From contig NW_026862878.1 in NCBI RefSeq assembly GCF_026571515.1, positions 1 through 64,000 of the forward strand: a stretch of 64,000 nucleotides of DNA, in the 5' to 3' direction. Positions within the stretch are counted from its first letter, which is position 1. Each line of letters opens with the position of its first letter. Source of the stretch: Ruditapes philippinarum (taxonomy: Eukaryota). The notes under the pieces were generated by a model that made no database searches, was not told where the DNA came from, and saw only the letters and a list, made by a program, of their open reading frames with translations. Positions 38,927 to 50,107 of this stretch are shown one piece after another. Both the position numbers and the translations under genes were made by a program.

Positions 38927-41360
38927 TTATAAAAAACAGCCTGAAGCAAACCACATTATTCTTAATTTGGGTGTGTAATCCTTATTAATTCCGAATTAAA
39001 TTGAAATTGATTATCGATCGCCGACTGCCTAAAGTCGTTCCTGTCCTAGAGTCAACATCTTTACTTTATTTTTCAGAAAGTCCAAATAACAAATGTTTAT
39101 TTGGGCGATCACAATAATCCGAAGCTTTACGGAAAAAGCCGAGCAATTTTCATTGATGAAAATGATATTCATCCGCATAACAAAATTATTTGAATACATT
39201 ACCGGTAATTTGCGAAATGTGAAAGAATCACACAATATTATAAATCTTCGACCAATCGAGAAATATTTTTTTCTTCCCTGACATGGTTTGAAAATTATTG
39301 CGCCTGTCATTTGACAATCCTTATGCAGTGATCTCCCCTTCTTTTTTCGGCGTTAGTGTACTTATAAAGGGAAGTAACCGCTTCGAGGAGTTCGTGACGG
39401 ACAACTTGCAGAATTTGCGAACAAGCATATCAGGGTCTTAAATTTCGCTACCATTATTTGTTTGGTCTGACGACCCAAACAAATAAAAAACTGGAACAAG
39501 TAACAAGACATTACGAGTAGTTGTATAGGAAATGTAGAGAGTCAATTTCTGCTATTTTTTCAAAGATATTTCAAATTTCAAGATAATAATTTAAAATTGT
39601 TACTAATATCACTCTCAAGCTAGACTGCTGCATACACTTATTATAGCCGTTGACTAAGAACAAGCTGAACGCCAGTGCTCAATTTGACCAAGCCATGCAT
39701 AAAGAGACTTCACTAAGGTTTATTTACATGACTGGAAAAAATATATTTTGAAGATAAATGTTCCATTTGTTGTAGGTCTGGACTAATAACTAGGATCATT
39801 TTCTCTCATCGTTTTTTAGTATAATAGTCTATATTGCAAAAAACGACCTAAAATGGAAAAATGTTGCAAGGTTTTCGCTCAAATCGGACAAAGAATAGTA
39901 CAAAATACGATTTTCAGTTTATTCCGAGCAAAATTCTTACTAATCTTTTGTATATTTTTCTGTTTTAAGTGTCAAAGCTGATGTATGTCAGAAATTCAAA
40001 TGTTATGTTTTCATGCCTTTGGACCTCAGTAGAGTTCCGTTTAGTATAGAAAAAACAGGCTTACTTCACGTTGACTCACTTATATAATCGTTTATATTCA
40101 GCAGTAGTTACGGCATTGAGATACGGGAGTCAAACCTTTACGGTATCAATTTTTCTTTAAAAGACAATACAAAAAGGATTTAAAAGCTTGTCACCGCTCC
40201 CACATAATTTTATGGACAATGTGTTAGCATTTCACATGTAACCGGTGACATAATCAGTACTTGTTTAGGGAAGAGTGACATGTTTAATGTAAGTAGTTCA
40301 GTCATGTTAATTATTTAATCAGATTATCAGACATATTTGATTTTGAGCACAGCACCTCACCAGTAATCAGAAAACGTCTGGTTCAAAAATAATGTTTAAT
40401 GTTAGACTGATACTTGGACATGATACCAAAAGAACGCATATTGGATGAAGATATTTTACGAACCAGGTCGAATCATGTACCAAATATTTGCCATAAATGA
40501 ATGACACCAAAATGCATAGCAGTATTGTACTTCAAACGTCGAACGTTGCGTCACTTCCACAATAAGACGAATCCTTTCATACACCATCAAAAATGTTTTT
40601 ATATACACCCAGTTTATTGAATGATGCAAAGCATCTCTGTGCTATCTTCTAAGTTTTTATTTCTATTCTTATGTCTTAGTGTAAATAAAATAGATAAATG
40701 AAATAAATAAGCAATAAACATTACAATAATTTACACGTTTATTGAAAATCATATAACATGTTATCCTCGTTAACCCATTAAATTTGTACTCGTTACATAT
40801 TCATTTCATTCATGATATATATAGCACCATGAATTTATACATGAATAAAGGTTTAGCATTAGTATAAATTTCTGTCACGTCAATGTATATAATTATAAAG
40901 GACTAAAATGTTTTAAGGTATTTTAAAACACGAACAACAAATAGAACAGATACAAAGATTTGTAAAATGAAAGCATTAACCCCTTACACTATTGTTAACA
41001 AAAAATATGTATAAGAACGGTTAATTCAATATTCAGTTAGAAGTAGTTGTCACTGCTGTGTTGATTTTGTAATTTTGTGTTCAGACAGGTTTACATGTAT
41101 TTATATATGCAGAAGAATAGTCATTTATTTTATATACACAAACGAATATCTGAAAAGTATATGTTTATATGTTGTACACACACATTATCATAATTATTTA
41201 ACACTTGCAATCAAAGTTTGATATTATGTATTTACATTGTACTTAACAAATAATTCATATTAATATTACTACTGTAGCAAAATAAAAACTGAAGGTTTAT
41301 TTATACCAGGTTTTATTTATAAGATGCAGATAGCTTTTACAAGGAGTACATTTGATGGTA

Positions 41361-43251
41361 TCAATTACCATGTATCAAAGTTCCAGAGAATGTGCTCCAT
41401 CTGCTTGAATCATAATGAACCATATGTGTTGAGAAACTGACTAACACTTTAACCCCGACGGTCTGGCCAACAATCAAGACTTCTAACAAGGCAGCTGACT
41501 GACGTGCAGCATTGTTTTCATTACGGAGAACTACCGGCTGAGTTGTTTGATCGTCCACTGTGATATCGATGTAAAGGCTTTGGCGGCTACTAACACAGAA
41601 TATAACAGTAAATAAGTACGTTCCATTTACAGGAACAGTAAATTTACCAGTGCTAGAATCGAATGCGCTACCCTCGTTGAACATCGTGATTGGGAAAACT
41701 ATATAGTCTCCTCTTGAAGCCGCCAATAAGTGGGAATTAAGCCGTGCTTTAAATGCAACTGTTGGTACTTTGGATTTGTCTGAAAAGAGAATATTTCTAT
41801 ATAAATTATAAATGAATCCAGTCCTGATCTACTATAATGTTCAACCAGTTTTCCTTGACATGTAGCGAACAACTTTACAATTCACATATTCATGTATTTT
41901 AGTACAATGTATATAAACATTTAACATGTTATTTTATAAAGACCAATTAAGCAATCTTGTAGCAAATTTACATTATAATTTATTATCATATGTCTATTTT
42001 GTCATAAGGGCTCTTTTGCCCTAGAATGAATCAAATTCATGAATAAAGAACAAAACTATGCCAAATAAAGCAAATTTTAATTATTATTTCAGTAATAATT
42101 GACAATAAAAGGCATATCAGAATAATTCGACATGGTTTAGTCATGTATTTTGTCCAAGTATGAATCAAATATGCAAGTACATAAGAAAGTAATTGCAATT
42201 TGAAGAAATCTCAATTAATTGACCTTGACGGCCAAAGTAAATTCAGTGTCAAAGTCAAATCAGAATTATTTAATGTGCCGCTTTTGCCTCAAGTATGAAT
42301 CAAATCTGTAAATAAATAGCAAAGTTCTGACAATTTAAGAAAATTTCATTAAAAGGTCAAATAAAGGTAAAGGTCATTTTTGAATTATTCAACATACGGA
42401 TTATGTCATATGGAATCGTTTGTTCAAGTATAAATCAAATCAATAAATAACTAATAAATTTATGGCAAAATGTAGCACAATTCATTAATTTGACATTAAG
42501 TGCCACTGTAAAATTAAGGTCAAGTTCAATTAATTTTTTTAATGTCTTGTTCCAAGGTAAGTTGTGCAAGGAAGACAATACATTCATTAGTTACGATAAT
42601 AATTTCACATAGTCCTTTGGTCCATCAACACAGTATATAATATTCTTTTACGATCATGGTCAATTTTAAGCTTCAATTTCAATATAAATAACAAATATGC
42701 GAAATAAACATCAAAAGTATTGCAATTTTACACCTTTTACAAAATCTGTCGACAAATTCAAACATGTGCCTCGGCTTTCATGAAGGTGAGAACCAACATG
42801 TCTAGAATCGAAACAAGGTTCTCACTTTCAAATCGTGCATGTTATAAACGTGAAATATGATTTTTTAAACAGCTTAAATTATGTTGTGTTGTGGTATATA
42901 AGAGACTCAGTTAATTAACCACTTATACCTGCAATAACATCCACTGTTTTTCGCAATTCACCAACTCTGACAACAATGCTTTGCTCAAAAGAGTTTGCTT
43001 TTACTTTTAGACTCATCTCAAATTTATCCAAAGTTTTGTTCAATACGTCTAACACTGTTAGAACCTCATCTTTCATTTTTGTCGTACTTTCCTCCCTTTC
43101 AATTCCTTCCAATTTCAGTTTTTCCATTTGGTATTCCATTCTAACTAGTTTTTCCAAAATCCTCTCCTCAAAGTCATATTTAGAGCAGTGTTGTTCCTCT
43201 GCTTTAACCGTTAAAGAGAGTGATTAAAAACGCGTAAGAAAACATTTTCAT
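41361..43251 (-). pseudogene. C1qDC copy 4: exons 43251..42929 and 41779..41361; 2-nt deletion in the signal peptide gives an early stop
   Basis: Exon 1 is 323 nt against 325 nt in the other copies and reads MKMFSYAFLITLFNG-stop. The C1q exon is open but has a Cys->Arg change (AARQ vs AACQ). Could be a consensus error. Confidence 0.65.
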
Positions 43252-43615
43252 GACGATCACTCTAATGATCCAGGATGCCGACCAGCAAGGAAATAAACCT
43301 AGCCTAGAGTTACAGAACTTTATAAAACTTTAACATATCAAATAAAAGGGTTGTTTCGAAAGCTCATACTTATATATACTGTGATTGTATTATGGTTTTG
43401 TTTATTATTATTATTTTACATTTATTACAAAGCGGTATCGTCGATTACTGTATAAAATAAGCTACATGTATTTAATTCTCGAAAAAATGTAAAAGTCATG
43501 CTTTAAAGTAAATCGAAAATAAAATAGAAAAAATGTCGACGCACTGCAATCTTATTTTATACTAGTAAGTTATACTAGTACGAGTATAACTTATTATATA
43601 CTAGTAAATGTATTT

Positions 43616-43868
43616 AGTGCTCTCCAATTTTTTTAAGCCAATCACCGACGAGGATTTTTCAAATTTTCAGGTTTCAAATCTTAATAGAACAGATTTTATA
43701 TAAACTGGACGTTTTATATTATAAAACGCAAGTGGGCGGAGCACTAAGCCGGTTAGAGTGCATATTGGATGTTCTTCGTAAATAAGAAAGCTACAGTCGC
43801 TTCGCAAGCACCGCTCCTTTTTAGCTTTCTTATTTACGAAGAACACCCAATATGCACTCTAACCTATA
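43616..43868. mobile_element. ~250-bp insertion specific to unit 4, with a terminal long hairpin
   Basis: Absent in unit 3. TAGTGCTC (43616) is inverted to GAGCACTA (43739), followed by a hairpin with ~41-bp arms, GGTTAGAGTGCATATTGG..CTTCGTAAATAAGAAAGCTA / TAGCTTTCTTATTTACGAAG..CCAATATGCACTCTAACC, around GCTTCGC. Confidence 0.75.
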
Positions 43869-43885
43869 CTAGGCAACACAAAATG

Positions 43886-44133
43886 ACGCCTGGTATACAA
43901 CAAAGCTTCCTTCTTCGGTTGTTTATAGTAAATCGCTCTGTAGCAACGGCCGAGCTAATGCATGTCGCCGAATTTCAGTGTCAACATTGGTACAGTGTTG
44001 ACTTATTATATACATGGTAAAGCATTCTTATGTAATGAGGCAACATTGTACCTTCGTTGGCACTAGCTCGGAAAGAGCGACAGGGCGATTTACCGTATAC
44101 CTACAAAAGAGATAGCTTTGCTGTAACAGGCGT
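43886..44133. mobile_element. Foldback MITE, unit 4 copy (internal deletions)
   Basis: Same inverted arms with a shorter spacer. Confidence 0.7.
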
Positions 44134-46906
44134 GAATGCACGAGTCGATTATCAGTTCTCACGTGTATTCCAATGGAATCAGCAGTGTTGACAATATATA
44201 TCTTGATATTGAAAAAGTAAAAGCAATGATCATTTCTTGATAATGGCTGTCATGTCCTTTAGTTTGGCCCGTTAGATCCGACACGAGGGTACCCGTCGAT
44301 TCTGCCAACATGTCAGATTTTTTTTTCTTGGCATATTCTACTATATTTTAAACATTTTACCTCAATAAAACGTTTATTCATATACATTTATTGTATTTCA
44401 TACGTTACTTTTTTTCTTACGGTTAATTCATAACGGCGAAATGACGTTATCCTAGACACTCATTCTAAAGACGCGACTGCATATGTCGTATGACTTTACA
44501 ACGTCATATTTACATAAACTGTTGTTTTGTTTTTGCTATTTTATGAGTATGAAATACTTATCAACGCATCAGCATTGCCCTTAAGGTACTTCTTATAAAA
44601 AGACTGACATCTTAAGTTAAATTTCTATTTAATTGAAGGCAGGCTCCTAGGTAGCATTTTCGTTCTGGGAGTGGAGATGGGGCTAAATTCTATTTGGAGT
44701 GGAGGAGGATGGTCTGGTGGTCGTGCCCCCAGGACAAAAATCTACATATCAAATGGTGGCCTCTGGGGAATTCCCAGGTGAAGATTTTAGTAAAGTATAA
44801 ATTAAGTACAACCTTCTAAATTTACCCCTTGCACTATTTCGTATGGGATTTTCACTAGACATTGATAAAATGATTACTGTACAAGGAACATTTCTTCAGC
44901 CGTTTGAAATTCTTATCGGCTTATATCTTACATTCATGCTTTTATTTCATATTAATATTTTAAAAATAAACCATATTTAGACACTTAATTACTGAGCATG
45001 AACTCTCTAATATACAGTGTGTGAGAATTCAGCGTGTGACAAATATTATGGATTGCCTTAGCCGTCAACTAAATGACTTTTGATCACTATTTCCACTGGG
45101 GTAATCACCCCCTTGTTACTGCCTTGCAATATAATCTTACCATAACTTTTGAACAACCCTTGCTTGTTCTTATCAGAGGGTGTTTCTCTATATACTGTTT
45201 TCAACCTATTAGTCAATTAATTATTTCACAATGTTTTGTTCTTATCATTAATTACTTAAATTAATTAGATAAGATATTATTACTAATTATCATATAATGT
45301 ATTATCACTAACACAGTAAACGCCCGGACATTCCATTAAAGGTCAGTTGACAAACAACACCTGCTTCTTTTTTAACAAAAAAAAAATGCTGACACTAAAG
45401 AAGAGATTTATAGTTATTACACCGCTCGACGTTTTGGATATTTTATTGTCTTTGAAAAACAAGTAGAGTTTTTGTCATGACCCTCTCGTCGGCGCCGTCA
45501 TAAGTTCACCTTTTTGTTAAGGTATAGTTCCTCAGAAACTTTCAAATCCACTTCTTGATACACTTGCACTATAAAAAAATATTTGATACCAAAGTCAGAA
45601 GGGCAGATAATCATCATAAATTAGGCCACTTTTTTACTACGGTGTTTTCGACCCGGTTTACATTTTTGTGAAGGTTCATTTCTGAAATGCTTTCACAGAT
45701 ATTCCTTTCAAACTAAGAATGCTTTGCCCACTTTCAAAATATGGAAATGAGAAAGGATCAAATTAGAACGGTAACTCAATTTTTTGCCTTAAAATGTTTC
45801 TGTTATCATATTCTGAAATATTCAAAGTTAAAAAAAAATATATTGGACAGTTTTAATTTTGTCTATGTATCTAGTTCAATATGATAACTCCCGAAAACTT
45901 CATGAATACAAAATAAATAAATAAATAAATGAATAAATAAATAAATTTGTAAATAAATAAATAATCATAATGATAATCATGCAAGAAAAGTTTGCAAAAT
46001 ATATATACATGTAATCATATTAACATATTTATTACAAACTGATCATAAAAAATAAAAGGAAAAATGTTGTTCCAATTATGTAAGAAAAGTGACATAAAAT
46101 AATTATTTATGCGTACAAATTATCAAAATAGAATTAGAAATAACATGTTAAAATACCAAACAACATAAAAGACGTACTGGCGGATTCTCACTTTCAATAA
46201 ACAGGTACATTGCATACCTACTCCGGGAATAGCTGCCCGTGAAGTAAGAGAACATTAAAAAAGTATATACTTGTTATTATATAAAATAAATTCACTTGAT
46301 TTTTGTCAGTTTTACACCATTTTTAGCCAATATATTCATCTTTCTTAAATATTAATTGCAACAATCGATTGCAGGATTATTCCATATACAATAAAAACTC
46401 CCTAAATCGAAAATGCTCTGGACTATCATAAATTTCCGGTTTAGAAAGGATTTCGTATTGCGGATTTTTTTCTCTTTTGGCAATGAAATTTACTATACAT
46501 TAGGTATTATTTATATAGCATGAAAGTGTAGTAAAACCATATCTTTTTGGATAATAAACATTATGCTTTTATTTTTTTTGATTATTTTTCATTGAACTGA
46601 GTATTTTCATTTCCAGCTGGTCTATCCGCAACAAGCTGTTGTACGTACTACCTGTTCACGGGTGTGAGTGTAGCCGATTAAAACGAAAATACAGTGTAGG
46701 ATAACCGATATTTTTTGTACTTTCGATTTGAATGATTTGAGACTTGTTTGTTTATTATGATAACTGGGAAATTAAACTCTTACGACATGAGAATAGACTT
46801 TTATTATAACATTTCATATATCTGTCATGCAAGTAAGATATTTTCGTTTACCATACAAATGCGAAAGTAGACGTATTTTCGGAAAACAGATATCAAGAGA
46901 TACGTC

Positions 46907-47075
46907 GGAAATTCCCCTGATATATCAAATGGAAATTCCAAATTACGTAACCGTACATAATCAGAAAGGGTACATTTTTTGCAGGATTATAAGTAAGTAA
47001 CTGTTTAGTTTAAATTTTTATTCACTTATGACATAGTCCTGTGAACGCTGAAGATAACCCCGTAGGGAAAGTCCA
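46907..47075 (+). promoter_or_regulatory. NF-kB site cluster around a putative non-coding first exon of the helicase gene
   Basis: GGAAATTCCCC (46907; reverse complement GGGGAATTTCC), GGAAATTCC (46931) and GGGAAAGTCC (47066). Consensus donor AA|GTAAGT at 46993. Confidence 0.45.
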
Positions 47076-47869
47076 CCAATAATCGTGCCAGGAATCTGAC
47101 ACGCTCATATTTATTCATCGAACATGCCATGAAGTAAAGTGAAGCATACCTTGATAAAACTATATATAATCTGTTGAAAAGCCAAGGATGGACAAATAAA
47201 AATCTTATTACGAACATAAACTACCTAATAGTTTCCGACGGGTAAAAATTTCGGCACTTGGCCGCCATATTGCCAAAATGTTTGACCACGTGATTACGAG
47301 ATTGACCTTTATGAACCCTTGTGCCTCCAATATTTTTATAAATAACTTTTTTTTTTTAAAGATATTGAAAAAGGTGATTTACTGACTTTTATATTCAATA
47401 AAATCATATTTAAGCTCTTAAAAATTATGAAAATAAATAAAAACATTATCTTGAATAAAAACATCGAATCATGTCAACAAATATTCTAAATATAGTACAC
47501 TACTCTATTCAAATCTGTTCCCGCGAATGACGTCATACGAGGTCTCGCGTGACACCTGAATGTAATGGCGTAAATTGATGTTTTATAGTTAAATAGGCAA
47601 TTTTAATGACGGTATTAATATTTTGATACTTTAATTGGTATAGAACGATATTAAAATAAGTGTTTTATCGTAAAATGCACAAGAATTGATTGGGTCAAGT
47701 GTATTTGCAAGTGAAAAACAAGAATAAATCAACTTATGTTATTCTGGTTAGGTTTCGTAACGTGTCTAATCCAAAACTTTAATGCCGCATCAGATGAAAA
47801 ACAAAAATGTTAAATAGCGGCTTATAAAGTTTTGATGAACATTAACATATACTCAGCAGGCAGAGACAC

Positions 47870-47881
47870 ACTTTCACTTTC
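47870..47881 (-). promoter_or_regulatory. IRF-E/ISRE-like motif GAAAGTGAAAGT
   Basis: Plus strand ACTTTCACTTTC, an exact IRF consensus. Single motif, function untested. Confidence 0.35.
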
Positions 47882-48129
47882 AATTTACATTCATTTTTAG
47901 GGGGAAGGGGGGGGGGGGTGTTGTTACGACGCAACAATACAGTGAAGGTTGTATGTCGAATTCCAGCTTTACTGGTGAAGGGAGCAATTCCAATATGACA
48001 TTCAAATCACACGAGATCTTAAATCTGATACTTGTGTTTGCTATTGTTGTTATTATAAAAAAATTTATAACAGAGTGTTATATAGAAAAACCTTTTTTCC
48101 CAAACCCCAATTACTTTAAATGGCCTAGA

Positions 48130-49950
48130 CTGTGAAAAAGATAGGATATATCGTTTTGCTTATGTCGGTCTGTCTTCTGGTCTGTCTGTCGGTAGACCAC
48201 ATGATTTCCGCTGATTATCTTAGAAACTACTTATCACGAAGTCTTGATATTCCACACCCAGATTTTGGGGTCACTTGGTGAGAGGTCAAGGTCACAGTGG
48301 CCTCGAACATTAGAATAGTTTCCGCTCATTATCATGTAAACTTTCACAAAGTCTTAATATTTCATATGTTGATTGGTCATATATAGTAAATGACCCATGT
48401 TGATTTTGGGGTCAGTAATTCAAAGGCCAAGGTCACAGATGCCAATGTCAGAATAGCTTCCGCTTGAAAATTAGTTATCATAAGTTATTCATATTATTCA
48501 TATTGATTGTGATTGGTCTTATGTAGTAGATGACCCCTTTTGATTTTGGGGTCAGCCGGGTCACTAGTTCAAAGGTCATGGTCACAGGTGCATTAAATGT
48601 CAGAATGGTTTCCGATCGTTATCGTGAAAACTAATTATAACAAAGTCTTCACATTTCACATATTGATTGGTCATACTAGGAAGAAGATGAACTTTATTGA
48701 TTTTGGTGTCACTATTACAAAGGTCAAGATCACTGGGACCTTTAAATGTCAGAATGGTTTCTGCTCATTGTCTTGAAAACTATTTATCACAAAGTTTTCA
48801 TATCTCACGTATTGATTGGTCATATGTAGTTAATGACCCCTATATATTTTGAAGTCTCTAGTTTAAAGGTCAAAGGGACTAAATATATTAATTAAATCGA
48901 AGGTCAAGCTATTGCTCATTCAAAATGCTCGAACCCGTTGCTTTTTACAGTCATGAAACTTAACGTTGGTCATTATATTTTTATTTCTTTATTGATTGTC
49001 TTCATACGTGGATACAGCAACTCTTAGGAAAATACCTTTACGTACACAAGACTGAACTTGACCTTGACTCATTAATGAAGTTCTTGACTCATTAAAGACT
49101 TTGACCTTCAAGGTCAAGTGCTTGAATTTTGCTTGATTTTCACTATAATTTCATAACTTTGTTATTTATAAATGGATTGTCTTCATATTTGACTAAACAA
49201 TCTTTTGGGCAAGTCCTTAAAATAAATCAGATTGATTATTATCTTCACGCATCAACACGCATCAATGGCTTTGACCTTGAAAGTCAAAATAAATAATTTT
49301 GCTTGATTTTTGTTATAATTGGCTTTAACTTTGTAAGTAATGAATTGATTTATTCAGACTTATGCATAACAATCCTTATGACAAGACATTGAAGAAGGTT
49401 AAATTGAACTTGAACTTAATTTGACTTTGACACTAAATGTCAAATTATTGAAATTAGCTACAATTGGGCATAACATTGTTATTTATTTATGTATTTAATA
49501 TATACCGTGACTTTATGTTGATTTTTTAAATATGATTTTAACCTTAATTTAAATGTCCTTAAATTGTATAGCTGTATTGAAATATTTACAGATTTGATTC
49601 ATACTTGAAGAAACAAGCACATATGACAAAACCACAATGTTGAATTATTCTGATATTATGTCCTTGAACTTTAATTGGCATTGACTGTCAGAGTCAAATT
49701 ATTGAAATTTGCTGACAATTTTCCTTTTTTTATTTAGTCATTGATTTTGATACATCTTGGACAAAAGAGCACTTATGAAACAATTGACATCATAATTAAT
49801 TCAGTTGCAACCTTGACCAATGATCGTCAAGGTCAAATATAAGATAAAAAATTTTATTTGATACAAAAATTATTTTTGAAGTAGTACACTTAACTTTAAT
49901 ATTCTTTCTCTGATGTGTTTAATTTTTGAAATACGAAAAAGTCGAGCGTG
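48130..49950 (+). mobile_element. Helentron-associated (HINE/pearl-like) element(s) with internal ~120-130 bp tandem repeats
   Basis: (GTCT/GTCG)n head at 48164-48192, then repeats of ATTTTGGGGTCA...AAGGTCAAGGTCAC...AGAATGGTTTCCGCTCATT, then degenerate TGACCTT-rich units. Confidence 0.65.
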
Positions 49951-50107
49951 GTCCCCGCTAGGCTGTGACTGTTGTTAAGGACAAGGCATAGAGCTTAGAT
50001 ATTTGGTGTGTTGCATAGTCTAGTTAACTTCTACTTACAAAATTATTTTTATAAAACCGCAACAACTATGTTTTTACAGATTACAGTCGCAGTTGCATAT
50101 ATTCAGC

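Larger units (their letters stand above)
8795..45690. repeat. Tandem segmental duplication, four ~9.3-10.1 kb units each with one C1qDC gene
   Basis: C1q stop codons at 12350, 21681, 31235 and 41361. Introns, flanks, SINE and foldback element are homologous between units; e.g. ACATGCACGACAAA.GCAC at 8797 and 19177. Confidence 0.95.

Noticed and set aside
23220-43227. Plus-strand ORFs MLCSKEFAFTFR... repeated three times
   Set aside because: Antisense to C1qDC exon 1; they recur only because of the duplication.
8795-45690. The array as uncollapsed haplotigs
   Set aside because: Four units with unit-specific insertions and substantial divergence exceed two haplotypes, although local misassembly cannot be excluded.
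48240-49850. Dense AGGTCA half-sites as a nuclear-receptor enhancer
   Set aside because: They are the internal repeats of a common Helentron-like element, with no evidence of function here.
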